A stretch of 52,458 nucleotides of DNA from Desulfobacteraceae bacterium (GCA_027061725.1 JAMOVG010000115.1:1-52458); one strand, 5' to 3'; positions 28,869-39,516 are shown, numbered from the stretch's first letter. A program made the numbers and translations. The notes: a model not told the origin generated them from the sequence alone.

Positions 28869-30260
28869 TTATTTGCCGATACAGAAATGACTGAATATCC
28901 GTTCGATGGCATCTTCGCTGCGAACTTTTCCGGTGATTTCGCCCAACCTTTCCAGTGCCAGTTCCAGCTCCTGTACGATTGTTTCAACCCACCGTGTCTC
29001 CGGTACGCCTGCGAGCGCCCGTTGGATGGCCTGCCGTGTTGCCCTGAGCGCTTCGGCTTGACGCTGGTTCGGTATCAGTTTGCTTTCGCTGTCGAGATCG
29101 CGGTCGCCGACAACCGCCTGCAAAATGGCATCCTTCAGCTCTTCAATCCCTCTTTCGTACAACGCCGAAACGGCAACCCTCCTAAGGTGTGGCACGGCTT
29201 TTCCAATTTTTTCCGCCGCACCGCCCGGCGGGAGATCGCTTTTGTTGAAAACCACGATCGCCGGCCGGCCGGCCCTGACCATTTCGACCAGTTCCAGATC
29301 CTCTTCGTTGATCGGCAGGCTGGCGTCGAACAGCGCCAGCACCAAGTCGGCATCCCGGATGGCCTTGCGCGCACGCTGTATGCCGATACGCTCAACGGGG
29401 TCGTTACTCTGACGGATACCGGCTGTGTCAACCAATATAACGCAGACACCCTTCAGCACGAACTGGTGGTCGATGATGTCCCGTGTGGTTCCGGGAACAG
29501 GCGTGACGATGGCCCGATCATGTCCAACCAGTCGGTTCATCAACGTCGATTTTCCCACGTTGGGCCTGCCGGCGATCACTACCCGAATGCCGGACCGCAA
29601 GTAGCGCCGTTCTTCGTACCGCCGAACCAATTTTTCCAGGGCGGGCATCACATTTTCCTGCAGCAGCACAAGCCCTTCCTGGATGGTGTCGTCCAGTCCG
29701 TGCTCGTCTCCAAAGTCCATACAGGCGTACATCATGGAGAGTGCACGTTCAATGCTGTCTCGCAGCGCCCCGATTTGGCGCCCCATTTCCCCGTCCAGCT
29801 GGGCGGCGGCGACTTTCAGGGCGCTCTCTGAACGCGCGTTAATGAGGTCGGCAACGGCCTCGGCTTGTGTGAGGTCGATACGCCCACTGGTGAAGGCGCG
29901 CAGCGTAAACTCTCCAGGTTCGGCCAGGCGAGCGCCCTGCTCGAGCACCAGCTTCAGAATGCGCTGCAGAAGCAGGCCGCCGGAGTGGGAGTTGATCTCC
30001 ACAACGTCTTCACACGTGTAGGAATGCGGCGCCCGCATGACGGACAGCAGCACCTCGTCGACGGTCTCGCTGCTGCGCGGGTCCACGATGTTTCCGTGAT
30101 ACAAGCGGTGGGAACGATACTCCCTGCCTCCCTCCACTGTGCCGGCTCTTCTGAATAGCGCGGAGGCGATGGCGACCGCCTGTGGACCCGATATCTTGAT
30201 GATACCGATGCCCCCGCTTCCCGGCGGTGTGGCAATGGCGGCGATGGTAGAGGTGCGCAT
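28869..30260 (-). CDS. mnmE: tRNA modification GTPase MnmE/TrmE
   Basis: TIAAIATPPG.GGIGII, AEPGEFT.RAF, GRPNVGKS, GTTRD, DTAG, C-terminal FCIGK. Confidence 0.96.
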   Translation of the reverse strand: MRTSTIAAIATPPGSGGIGIIKISGPQAVAIASALFRRAGTVEGGREYRSHRLYHGNIVDPRSSETVDEVLLSVMRAPHSYTCEDVVEINSHSGGLLLQRILKLVLEQGARLAEPGEFTLRAFTSGRIDLTQAEAVADLINARSESALKVAAAQLDGEMGRQIGALRDSIERALSMMYACMDFGDEHGLDDTIQEGLVLLQENVMPALEKLVRRYEERRYLRSGIRVVIAGRPNVGKSTLMNRLVGHDRAIVTPVPGTTRDIIDHQFVLKGVCVILVDTAGIRQSNDPVERIGIQRARKAIRDADLVLALFDASLPINEEDLELVEMVRAGRPAIVVFNKSDLPPGGAAEKIGKAVPHLRRVAVSALYERGIEELKDAILQAVVGDRDLDSESKLIPNQRQAEALRATRQAIQRALAGVPETRWVETIVQELELALERLGEITGKVRSEDAIERIFSHFCIGK

Positions 30261-30366
30261 ACCCACACTCCCACGTGTGTCAATGGAACCGTCGCTTTCC
30301 GCCGCGGAATTCACCATTCGCCCACGGCCCGGGCGGTCCGATGCGCATTTTTGGAAAGGCCCGGGT

Positions 30367-31197
30367 TCACTCGAATCCCGCTTTTCGCGGGTCATTCACG
30401 CTTCTCAGGGGATCCCGGTTTTTTCTCGGGAAAATCACCAGTTTGCGGATCAGCCCGTCCCCTACACTCTGGGTGCGGACTGCCGGGTCTGCTTTCAGGG
30501 CCACGTGCACCACGCGTCGCTCCTGTGGTTTAAGCTGCCCGATGGTCATGGGCTTTCCGCTTTTAACGGCCTTCTGGGCCAGACGCAAAGCCAGGTTTTC
30601 CAGGTTTCGCCTGCGATTTTCCAAGTACCCCTCGACGTCTACCTGCAGCCGCAGCCGCTGGCGGCTGTTTCGGTTGACGATTTTTTCCACCAGGTACTGG
30701 ATGGCATCTAGGGTTTGGCCGCGCTTTCCGATGAGCACGGCGGCATTGCCTCCCTCAACCTTGAAGACCACTTCTTCGCCGTCGTCGCTTTCCACCACGT
30801 CGACAATGCTGGCATCCGTAGTGACGGCGTCCAGAATGGTCTGCAGGGCTTTTCGTCCAAGTGCCAGCGCCTGCGCCGGTTCCATACGTTCGTCGGCGCT
30901 CTCGCCTGAAGTGCGCACGGCCGCCTTCTGTACGCTGGGGGGCTCTTCAACTTCAGGGGAAAGCTCAGATTTTATACATTCTAACTTATTGTTATTATTA
31001 TCAATTTTTTGCGTTTCGTCTTTGGGCAGAATTCGAATGCGGGCTTTCCTGGCGCCCACCAGTCCAAAAATCCCCGTGGAGCCGTAAGATATGATTTCAT
31101 ATTTCAGTTCCTGTTCGGAACACGAAAGCGCTTCGGCGGCTTTTTTGAGCGCCTTTTCAATGGTACGGGCTTCAAACTCCATTCTCGACAGCATCAT
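30367..31197 (-). CDS. jag: RNA-binding protein Jag/KhpB/EloR
   Basis: Jag_N domain, KH motif LIGKRGQTLDAIQY, R3H motif ERRVVH; lies between yidC and mnmE. Confidence 0.93.
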   Translation of the reverse strand: MMLSRMEFEARTIEKALKKAAEALSCSEQELKYEIISYGSTGIFGLVGARKARIRILPKDETQKIDNNNNKLECIKSELSPEVEEPPSVQKAAVRTSGESADERMEPAQALALGRKALQTILDAVTTDASIVDVVESDDGEEVVFKVEGGNAAVLIGKRGQTLDAIQYLVEKIVNRNSRQRLRLQVDVEGYLENRRRNLENLALRLAQKAVKSGKPMTIGQLKPQERRVVHVALKADPAVRTQSVGDGLIRKLVIFPRKNRDPLRSVNDPRKAGFE

Positions 31198-31243
31198 ACC
31201 CTCCGTTACGCCATCTGCTTCACGGTCGAAACAGGCCTTCTCT

Positions 31244-32935
31244 CTATGCATATTTCTTCTGCACGTAGTACTGCTGTGCAATGGACAGGATGTTGTTCAC
31301 CAGCCAGTAGAGCACGAGCCCCGAAGAAAAGTTGATGAAAATGAAGGTGAACACGACGGGCATCAGCATCATCATCTTGGCCTGGGTAGCATCCCCCATG
31401 GGAGGTGACATCTTCTGCTGCAGGAACATGGTTGCACCCATGATGATGGTCAGCACGGGTATTCCGTAAGGCGGCTCCATAAAGGGAATGCTGAAGTTGA
31501 AACGAAAGAGCCTGTCCGGTGCCGAGAGGTCGTTGATCCACAGGAAAAACGGTGCGTGCCGCAGTTCGATGGCCTGATACAGCATGCGGTAGAGCGCGAA
31601 GAAGACCGGGATCTGAACGATCATGGGCAGACACCCCCCCATGGGGTTGATTTTGTATGTCTTGTACAGCGCCATCATCTCTTCGTTGATCTTCTTCTTG
31701 TCGCCCTTGTACTTCTCGCGGATCTCAGCCATGAGCGGTTGCAGCTTCTTCATCTCGCTCATGGACTTGTAGCTCTTGTTGCCCAGGGGCCAGAGCAGGA
31801 CCTTGGTCAGGATCGTCAGAAAAATGATGGCCACACCATAGTTGGGGATAAAACGGTAGATAAAATTCATCAACCACAGGCAGGGCTTGGCAATAAAATC
31901 GAACATGCCGAAGTTGACGGCCTTGTCCAGGTTGCCTCCGATGGATTTGAGCAGGCTGAGCCTTTTGGGCCCCAGGAAAACGTCGAAGTCAAGAGTATGC
32001 ATGCCCGCAGGGGCGATGGTCACCTCAGGGCTCAGGTACCGGTTTTCCAGTATAGACTTGTCGTGCAGAATCAGCTGCATGCCCGCCTCGGGGGCCTGGG
32101 GAACAATCACGCTGGACATGAAATACTGGCTTTCAATGGCCAACCACTGCAGGTGGCCCGAGAGCTTGTTTTTCTCCTTGATCTTCTTGATGGGGATCTG
32201 CTCCAACTTGCCGTTGATGTAGGCGCTGGGACCCTCGAAGCCGTATCGGTTGTGCTTGGTGGGCAGTGTGTTCAGAAGAGACAGGTAGATGCGGTCCTTG
32301 ATCTCGCGGCCCGATTGGTTACGGATGCGGACCTGCATTTTAATCAGGTAGGAATCCGGCTGAAACGTGTAGCTTTTCTCGATGGTGATCCCGTCGGGGG
32401 CGGTCCACGTGAAGACCAGTTTGCGCGCGGAACCTGATACGTCGATTTTTTCGGCCGCATCGCCGCTATTGAAAACCGCTTCGGACAGCCCCTTGAGATG
32501 GTGGCTCTCCAGCCCGGCCAGAAGGGTTCCCCGTTCCAGAGTCGGCGAAATAATCTGTTTCAGCGGTGACTTTGGATCGGCCTTTTCGCGGTATTTCTTC
32601 AGCACGAAACTCTTGATGGCGGCGCCTTTTTCGGACAGCGCGCAGGTGTAGAAGGGGTTTTCCACCGTAATCATCCGCGCAGGACGACTGTTCTGGGCGG
32701 CGATCTGCGCTTCGGTCAGAACCGCCGCCTTCGGGGCGGCGGTTTCCTCAACTGCGGCGTTTTTCTTGCTGCCGGAAACAGCGCTTTTTTCTCCTGCCGG
32801 CGCCTTCGCCTTCTGGGTCTGGGTGGTCTGCGGCGGTGGCTGCCTCATGGCCTCCTTGTCGACGAACAGAAACTCCCACACGATGAAAACAAGGAAGGAC
32901 AGCGCAATTGCGAGAACCATACGACCGGTTTCCAT
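31244..32935 (-). CDS. yidC: Membrane protein insertase YidC
   Basis: NYGVAII, KSYKSM..MKKLQP, INPMGGCLP, ELRHAPF..WI.DLS, SGLVLYW. Confidence 0.97.
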   Translation of the reverse strand: METGRMVLAIALSFLVFIVWEFLFVDKEAMRQPPPQTTQTQKAKAPAGEKSAVSGSKKNAAVEETAAPKAAVLTEAQIAAQNSRPARMITVENPFYTCALSEKGAAIKSFVLKKYREKADPKSPLKQIISPTLERGTLLAGLESHHLKGLSEAVFNSGDAAEKIDVSGSARKLVFTWTAPDGITIEKSYTFQPDSYLIKMQVRIRNQSGREIKDRIYLSLLNTLPTKHNRYGFEGPSAYINGKLEQIPIKKIKEKNKLSGHLQWLAIESQYFMSSVIVPQAPEAGMQLILHDKSILENRYLSPEVTIAPAGMHTLDFDVFLGPKRLSLLKSIGGNLDKAVNFGMFDFIAKPCLWLMNFIYRFIPNYGVAIIFLTILTKVLLWPLGNKSYKSMSEMKKLQPLMAEIREKYKGDKKKINEEMMALYKTYKINPMGGCLPMIVQIPVFFALYRMLYQAIELRHAPFFLWINDLSAPDRLFRFNFSIPFMEPPYGIPVLTIIMGATMFLQQKMSPPMGDATQAKMMMLMPVVFTFIFINFSSGLVLYWLVNNILSIAQQYYVQKKYA

Positions 32936-33104
32936 GTTCTTCTCCTGAAATGATAAAACGGAATTTCATCCTGCCCCGCCGTTCAGAGACGACCAGAGAA
33001 ATTCCGTCTGCTGCGAGTGCAATTTTTTGCCGGCGGCCGGTGACCGAACCCGCGGCCCTTAAAATGGCCGCCGAAGTCCGACGCGTGGGGCGTTCCCAAA
33101 ATCC

Positions 33105-33488
33105 TCAGCGAACCGGGCCGTTTGCCGGTGACCCCACGCCGGCGGTGTATTTGTCCAACCGGTCGAACAGGTCCTCTAGGTCCTTCCGAAGCGCCTCCGA
33201 GTTCTGCCCGGCGGCCTGGCGTTTGGCGATGACGTTGATGTCCCAACAACCGAGGTCCGCCCGGCGTCTCCGGAAAAACTCTCTCGCCTGCCGCTTGATG
33301 CGGTTGCGCACCACGGCGTTGCCGACTTTGCGGGTTACGGTGATCCCCAGCCGCGGCCGCCCCGCCACGCCGGCCGCGGCAATGACCAGAAAGCAGCGGC
33401 CGTGAAATTTTCGTCCCTCTCCGGAGGTGCGCAGGAATTCACTGCGCCGCCGCAGGCGGCTTTCACGGGGGAACGTGTGGGGTTGCAC
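33105..33488 (-). CDS. rnpA: Ribonuclease P protein component
   Basis: RLRRRSEF, PRLGITVTRKVGNAVVRNRIKR (RNR motif); GTG start near 33488 is approximate. Confidence 0.93.
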   Translation of the reverse strand: MQPHTFPRESRLRRRSEFLRTSGEGRKFHGRCFLVIAAAGVAGRPRLGITVTRKVGNAVVRNRIKRQAREFFRRRRADLGCWDINVIAKRQAAGQNSEALRKDLEDLFDRLDKYTAGVGSPANGPVR

Positions 33489-33525
33489 GCCGGGTGCCTC
33501 GGGAGCGGTCCGCCGGTCGTCCGGT

Positions 33526-33660
33526 CTACACCGCCAGCCGTTTGCGCCCCTTGGCACGCCGCCGATTGATGACTTTCCTGCCGTTCTTGGTGGACATCCT
33601 CTTTAAAAAACCGTGGGTGCGAGCCCGCTTGATGCGGCTCGGCTGATAGGTACGTTTCAT
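33526..33660 (-). CDS. rpmH: 50S ribosomal protein L34
   Basis: Manual translation [44 protein letters not shown] (44 aa; not in the ORF track). Confidence 0.97.
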   Translation of the reverse strand: MKRTYQPSRIKRARTHGFLKRMSTKNGRKVINRRRAKGRKRLAV

Positions 33661-33857
33661 GGATCAAAACCTCTTTCTTTCGTCGTTGTGAAAATCGAAA
33701 AAGCGTACGGGCGCCGCACTACTGCGGGCGCGCATGTAATTATTAGAAGTTACAGCCTTAAACTAAAATCATAAATCAACATGCTTGTCAATAAAGATGA
33801 TGCCGCAAAAAAAGCACCGCCCACACCTGCCGCCGGCGGCCTGTTCACCCCTCCCCC

Positions 33858-35402
33858 TCAGGAGCCACTGAGATGCTCGATTATGTCGAACTCTTCCAGG
33901 TGAAAGTGGGGGTAAGGGTGCAGCACAATCTGTTTTCCGATACGCTTTTCCATGGCGTCGATCAGGCGACCCTGCTCGTCGTGCAGGTAGGCGGCCACGC
34001 GGGGATTCACCCGGATGGTGATGCGCGATCCCGCCATTTCGCCCGCCTCGTGCAAAATGCGCCGATAGATGTGGTGGCAGACCGTCTGCCGCGAGATGAT
34101 GTAACCGGCGCCGTCGCACTCGAAGCACGGTTCGCACAGGATCTGGTTGAGGGGCTTGCGGATGCGCTTGCGCGTCATCTGGATCAGGCCCAGCTCCGAG
34201 ATGGGCAGCACGTGGGTCTTGCTGCGGTCACGCTTGAGCGCATCGCGCAGGGCGTTGAACACCTTCTCCTGGCTGGAGCGGCGCTCCATGTCGATGAAAT
34301 CAATGATAATGATACCCCCGATATCGCGCAGCCGCAACTGGTAGGCGATCTCCCGCACCGCTTCCAGGTTGGTCTTCAGAATGGTCTCGTCCAGGTTGCG
34401 CTTGCCCACGTAGCGGCCCGTGTTGACGTCGATGGCTGTCAGGGCCTCGGTCTGTTCGATGACGATGTAGCCGCCGGACTTGAGCCATACCTTGCGGTTC
34501 AGGGCCCGGGAGATGTCCCCCTCCAGATTGTAGGCCTCAAAGATGGGTTCGGTGCCCTCGTAGAGCTCCACAGAAGCCTTGAGACGGGGCATGAAAACGT
34601 CCAGGTACGAGAGCACATCGTCGTAGACCCGCCGGGAGTCGATGATCAGGTTCTCGACCTCGTGGGTCAGCAGGTCCCGAACCGCCCGCAGGCTGATATT
34701 GAGTTCCTTGTGAACCAGCGCCGGCGCCGGCACGGTGCGGTACTTGGACAGGATGTCCTGCCACAGGTTGTTCAGAAAACCCATCTCATAGGCCAGCTTC
34801 TCATGGGCGATGCCTTCGGCGGCGGTGCGCACGATGTAGCCGTGGTTGTCGCTGCGCAGGGACTCAACTTTTTCTTTGAGCCGCGCGCGCTCCTCCTCGT
34901 CTTCAATGCGACGCGATATGCCGATGTGGTCGGAGTACGGCATCAGCACCAGGAAGCTGCCCGGCAGCGAGATGTAGCTGGTCACCCGCGCGCCCTTGCT
35001 GCCGATGGGCGCCTTGGCGACCTGCACCAGCAGTTCCTGCCCCTCGGTGAGCATGTCCTCAATGGTGCAGCCGTCACCGGTCATCAGGTTGCAGCCGTCG
35101 TTTTCGGCGATGCCGTAAAGTTCGCCATTTTCCTCCACCGCCCGCAGGAAGGTCTCCTCGATGTCGGCAAAATGCTCGCCCACCAGGTCGCTGACATGGA
35201 TGAAGGCCGCCTGTTCCAGGCCGATGTCTACAAAGGCGGCCTGCATGCCGGGCAGCACGCGCTGCACGCGGCCCTTGTAAATGTTGCCGGCGATGTCGTT
35301 CATGTCGCGCCGCTCGATGAAGATCTCGACCAGATAACCGTCCTCGATCAGCGCCACACGCGTCTCGAAAGGCGTGTCGTTAATCAGCAGCTTCCTGTAC
35401 AT
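33858..35402 (-). CDS. rng: Ribonuclease G (Rne/Rng family)
   Basis: GNIYKGRVQRVLPGMQAAFVDIG, IDVNTG, RDIGGIIIIDFIDM, CFEC.G.G; ~514 aa with no long C-terminal tail. Confidence 0.92.
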   Translation of the reverse strand: MYRKLLINDTPFETRVALIEDGYLVEIFIERRDMNDIAGNIYKGRVQRVLPGMQAAFVDIGLEQAAFIHVSDLVGEHFADIEETFLRAVEENGELYGIAENDGCNLMTGDGCTIEDMLTEGQELLVQVAKAPIGSKGARVTSYISLPGSFLVLMPYSDHIGISRRIEDEEERARLKEKVESLRSDNHGYIVRTAAEGIAHEKLAYEMGFLNNLWQDILSKYRTVPAPALVHKELNISLRAVRDLLTHEVENLIIDSRRVYDDVLSYLDVFMPRLKASVELYEGTEPIFEAYNLEGDISRALNRKVWLKSGGYIVIEQTEALTAIDVNTGRYVGKRNLDETILKTNLEAVREIAYQLRLRDIGGIIIIDFIDMERRSSQEKVFNALRDALKRDRSKTHVLPISELGLIQMTRKRIRKPLNQILCEPCFECDGAGYIISRQTVCHHIYRRILHEAGEMAGSRITIRVNPRVAAYLHDEQGRLIDAMEKRIGKQIVLHPYPHFHLEEFDIIEHLSGS

Positions 35403-35479
35403 GCACCCTCCGGCCCCTGTTTGATGTGCAAAAAACCGTTCACCTGTTGAACGCAAGCCCCCGAATCGCCTGTTCGGCG

Positions 35480-37975
35480 CTAGAGCTTGGTGATTAGCAA
35501 CCTTTTGATGGTTTCATCGTTCAGGCCGAAAACGGCGGCGATGACCTCGGCCGGCCTGACGGTAATTTCCCCGCAGGGCACTAGTTTCATGCGCAGCGTC
35601 GCAGCGTCCACGAGCGCAAGTTCGGCCACGTGCTTCTTGAGATCGATCCGCTTCTCTTTTCCCTTGCGCCTGCGGGTGATTTCCACCGTGGGCCGCCTTT
35701 GGAATTCGACCGCTTTGCCGGCATCAAAGATATCGGTTGAAGACCGCACCCGGTATACGGCTTCCAGGCGCTGCGGCAAACGCTGTCCGGCCCCGATCTC
35801 GTGGCACTCGATCACCCGCAACCCCTCGGGAAGGGCAGTGTTGAGCCGCTCCACCAGGTCGCGGGGCGTGGCCGGCCGCGCCAGGTGCAGCACGAAACGC
35901 TCCCGCAGGCTCTCCATGCCGATGGGCAGCGGGTTCGAAAAGGCCACCTTGGGTTTGGGATGGAACCCACGCGTGCGCGCCACCGACAGCCCGGCCCGCC
36001 GCAGGGCCCGGAAGAAGATGTTGACCATCTCCAGGTGGCCGAAGAAGCGTGCCGGCCCCTTCTTTTCGTAGTAGACCGCCACCGGGCGGAACGCGCCAGC
36101 CGGCTCGCCGGCCGGTGCGGGGTGCGTGCTGCTGCCCGCTTCGCATGCCGCCGTCCGGGGCTCGATTCGCTTGAAGTCGCAGGCGCCGCAGTTCTGGCAG
36201 TTTCCCTCGCGGCAATCGGGTGTTTGGGCCTGTGACAGCGCGCTGCGCCACTCACGCCACAGGAAACGCTTTGTGACCCGGCTGTCGATGTGGTCCCACG
36301 GCAGGGGGTCGTCCCGGCCGGCCTCTGCGAACAGGTACTCTTCCACCCCGATCCCGGAAGCCTGCAGGGCTTTCTTCCAGAGGTCGAAACGGAACTGGTC
36401 GCTCCACCCGTCGAACCGGCAGCCCAACCGGTGGGCGGCCATCAGCAGCCGGCTCAGCCGCCGGTCGCCGCGGGCCACCAACCCCTCCAGCAGGCTGACC
36501 TCGGGGTTCTGCCACTTGAGCTGCACGCCGGGGATGCGCAGGGCCGACCTGAGGTACTCGATTTTGCGCCGCGACTCGGCCAGAGGGATCTGCGCGCACC
36601 ACTGAAAGGGGGTGTGCGGCTTGGGGATGAAGGTCGCCACGCTCACGTTGATCTTGCCGCGCCGCCCGCCGGTATGGCCACGGATGTGCTTTCTGAGGTC
36701 TTTCACCAGTTCGACGATGGCGTCGACGTCCGCGTCGGTTTCGGTGGGCAGCCCGATCATGAAATAGAGCTTGATCACCTGCCAGCCCAGGTCAAAGGCG
36801 TTGCGCACGGTGCTGAAAATGTCTTCCCGGGTGATGTTCTTGTTGATCACCTCGCGCAGCCGCTGGCTGCCGGCCTCCGCAGCAATGGTGAAGCCCGTCT
36901 TGCGCACGCCCCTGATGAGTTGCATCATGCGCGGCGTCAGCGAGTCGGCGCGCAGGGAGGGCAGCGACACCGCCAGCTCGCGGGCCGGATCGCCGAGCAG
37001 CGCCTCCATCAGCGGCAGGATGCAGCCGTAATCTCCGGTGCTCAGGGAGAGCAGCGATATATCCTCATAGCCCGTGTTTTCCAGCGATGTCGCCACCAGG
37101 CGCTGCAGCGTCTGCAGCGAGCGTTCACGCACCGGACGGTAGATGACCCCGGCCTGGCAGAAGCGGCAGCCGCGCGTGCAGCCGCGGGCGATCTCCAGGC
37201 GCAGGCGGTCGTGAACCGGTCGTCCGTAAGGCACCACGGGTGCCGAGGGAAAGGGGGCGCGGTCGAGATCCGGCAGCACCGCGCGCCGCACCCGCCGGTA
37301 GCCGGGAAGGCGCGGTTCCAGGATCTGCCGCCCGTGCTCGTCCCGATGCGCCTCGAAAAAGAGCGGCACGTAGACGCCCTCGATGGCGGCCCATCTCTCC
37401 AGCAGCCGGCGGCGGTTTTCTCCCGCGTCCCGCCACTGCATCCAGGCCTCGCACAGCGCGACGACAACGTCCTCCCCGTCGCCGATCACCATGGCATCAA
37501 AAAACTCGGCCACCGGCTCGGGGTTGCAGGTACAGGGCCCTCCGGCAATGACCAGCGGGTGCGAATCGTCGCGCTGCGAGGACAGCGGCGGGATTTCCGC
37601 CAGATGCAGCATCTCGAGCACGTTGGTGTAGTCCAGTTCGTAGAGCAGGCTGAAACCGACGATGTCGAAAGCCTGCAGTGGGCTGTGGCTCTCCAGCGAA
37701 AAGAGTTCGATCCGGTTTTTCCGCAGGTGCCCGGCCATGTCCACGGCCGGGGCGAACACCCGCTCCGCGGCGACATCCTCCCTGGCATTCAGGATATGGT
37801 AGAGGATCTGCATGCCGAAATGGGACATGCCGATCTCGTAAAGGTCCGGAAAGGCCAGAGCAAAACGCAGCCGAACCCGCTTGAGATCCTTGCGGACGCG
37901 GTTGGTCTCCGATCCCAGGTAGCGGCTGGGCTGCTCCACCAGCGGCAGGATATCTTGAATGCGCATACGGTCCAT
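35480..37975 (-). CDS. B12-binding radical SAM protein (TIGR03960-like) fused to a TIGR03936-like domain
   Basis: FPDLYEIGMSH, RGCTRGCRFC (CX3CX2C), FIPKPHTPFQW, C-terminal RFFGHLE...GFHPKPK...LPIGMES. Confidence 0.88.
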   Translation of the reverse strand: MDRMRIQDILPLVEQPSRYLGSETNRVRKDLKRVRLRFALAFPDLYEIGMSHFGMQILYHILNAREDVAAERVFAPAVDMAGHLRKNRIELFSLESHSPLQAFDIVGFSLLYELDYTNVLEMLHLAEIPPLSSQRDDSHPLVIAGGPCTCNPEPVAEFFDAMVIGDGEDVVVALCEAWMQWRDAGENRRRLLERWAAIEGVYVPLFFEAHRDEHGRQILEPRLPGYRRVRRAVLPDLDRAPFPSAPVVPYGRPVHDRLRLEIARGCTRGCRFCQAGVIYRPVRERSLQTLQRLVATSLENTGYEDISLLSLSTGDYGCILPLMEALLGDPARELAVSLPSLRADSLTPRMMQLIRGVRKTGFTIAAEAGSQRLREVINKNITREDIFSTVRNAFDLGWQVIKLYFMIGLPTETDADVDAIVELVKDLRKHIRGHTGGRRGKINVSVATFIPKPHTPFQWCAQIPLAESRRKIEYLRSALRIPGVQLKWQNPEVSLLEGLVARGDRRLSRLLMAAHRLGCRFDGWSDQFRFDLWKKALQASGIGVEEYLFAEAGRDDPLPWDHIDSRVTKRFLWREWRSALSQAQTPDCREGNCQNCGACDFKRIEPRTAACEAGSSTHPAPAGEPAGAFRPVAVYYEKKGPARFFGHLEMVNIFFRALRRAGLSVARTRGFHPKPKVAFSNPLPIGMESLRERFVLHLARPATPRDLVERLNTALPEGLRVIECHEIGAGQRLPQRLEAVYRVRSSTDIFDAGKAVEFQRRPTVEITRRRKGKEKRIDLKKHVAELALVDAATLRMKLVPCGEITVRPAEVIAAVFGLNDETIKRLLITKL

Positions 37976-38074
37976 GTTATGAAAGCTTTCGGTTTTCGCC
38001 TGATTCCACTTCGCCGTCCACGGCCAGCGCAATCATAAATTTTTTATTATAATCCACAAACCGACAGGTTGCAA

Positions 38075-39508
38075 ATGACCGACCGGATTTTCTCCGCCAG
38101 TTTTTCAAAAATATTTTCGGTGTGCCGGCTGCTGATGCTCGCCGCCCTGATGCTCACCGTGGCGACCCCCTGCCGTGCGGAAAATCTGCGCGAAAACGCG
38201 GTGGTCAGGGCCGTACGGCGCGTCAGCCCGGCGGTGGTCAACATCAGCTCCGAACAGCGCCTTCAGCGGCGCCAGGGCCCTTTTTCGGGATTCGGCCTGG
38301 ACCCCTTTTTCGATTCTTTTTTCAGGGATTTCTTCGATCCGGGCTACCAGCGCCAACTCAAGCGCGCCAGCCTGGGTTCGGGGGTCATCATCGACGGAAA
38401 GCGCGGTTTCATTCTGACCAACGCCCACGTGATCGAGGCCCGGGGCACCATTACGGTGGTTCTCAAGGACGAACGCCAGTTTCAGGCCCAGATCGTGGGT
38501 GCCGACCCCGACTCGGACCTGGCCGTGCTGCAGATCAAGTCCGACAAGCCCCTGCCGGCCATTTCCATGGGAAACTCCGACGACCTGATGATCGGTGAAA
38601 CCGTCATCGCCATCGGCAACCCCTTCGGTTTTTCCAACACCGTGACCACCGGCGTCATCAGCGCCCTGCACCGCAGCATCCGCAGCGATGACAAGATCTA
38701 CCACGATTTCATCCAAACCGACGCCTCCATCAACCCCGGCAACAGCGGCGGACCGCTGCTGAACATCAACGGCGAGCTGATCGGCATCAACACCGCCATC
38801 TATGCCAAGGCCCAGGGGATCGGTTTCGCCATCCCTATCAACAAGGCGCGGCGCATCATCAGCGACCTGATCCGCTACGGTGAGGTGGTGCCGGCCTGGC
38901 TGGGCATTTCGGTGCAGGACCTGGATGCGCGTCTGGCACGTTACCTCAAGGTTCCGTCCCGCAACGGCAATAAACTGTGGGGAGTGCTGGTGCGTGAAGT
39001 GGCGCCTGACAGCCCGGCGGCCGAAAACGGCATTCGGAGGGGAGACGTGATTCTGGAAATCGGCCGCTACAAACTGTTCTCGGTGCAAGATTACCACACC
39101 ACCCTGAAGGACTACACGGCCGGCGACACCCTGACCCTGCACCTGTGGCGCGACGGAAAGGACCGCCGACTGACTTTGAAGGCCGTGGCCTTTCCCAAAC
39201 AGCGCGCCATGGACCTGGCCTATCGATTGATGGGCATCCGGGTGGCGGATCTGACACCCGGCAACCGCCGCCGCTACGGGGTCTCGGAAACCAAAGGGGT
39301 GGTGATCACCGACATCGCCGAATCATCCTACCTTTCGCGCATCGGGGTTCGAAAAGGCGATATCATTCGCAAGATTGACGACATGGCCACGAGCACCGTG
39401 GAGGATTTCAAAAAGGCCATCGTCAAGTACCGCCAGAAAAGTTCGCTGGTGGTGCTGCTGCAGCGCGGGGACAGACTCTATTACATCACCCTCAAGCTTC
39501 CGGGATGA
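38075..39508 (+). CDS. degQ: HtrA/DegQ-family periplasmic serine protease with two PDZ domains
   Basis: Triad TNAHV, DSDLAV, NPGNSGG; signal peptide; two C-terminal PDZ-like regions. Confidence 0.9.
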   Translation: MTDRIFSASFSKIFSVCRLLMLAALMLTVATPCRAENLRENAVVRAVRRVSPAVVNISSEQRLQRRQGPFSGFGLDPFFDSFFRDFFDPGYQRQLKRASLGSGVIIDGKRGFILTNAHVIEARGTITVVLKDERQFQAQIVGADPDSDLAVLQIKSDKPLPAISMGNSDDLMIGETVIAIGNPFGFSNTVTTGVISALHRSIRSDDKIYHDFIQTDASINPGNSGGPLLNINGELIGINTAIYAKAQGIGFAIPINKARRIISDLIRYGEVVPAWLGISVQDLDARLARYLKVPSRNGNKLWGVLVREVAPDSPAAENGIRRGDVILEIGRYKLFSVQDYHTTLKDYTAGDTLTLHLWRDGKDRRLTLKAVAFPKQRAMDLAYRLMGIRVADLTPGNRRRYGVSETKGVVITDIAESSYLSRIGVRKGDIIRKIDDMATSTVEDFKKAIVKYRQKSSLVVLLQRGDRLYYITLKLPG

Positions 39509-39516
39509 TAGGACTT

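Noticed and set aside
32936..33249. Possible yidD between rnpA and yidC
   Set aside because: No CRFxPTCS-type motif recognised; the 88-aa ORF overlaps rnpA and looks spurious
33459..33475. parS-like sequence inside rnpA
   Set aside because: About five mismatches to the consensus and within coding sequence
33785..33794. TTGTCAATAA upstream of rpmH as an origin DnaA box
   Set aside because: Single degenerate copy that also reads as a TTGACA -35 element on the minus strand; no box cluster
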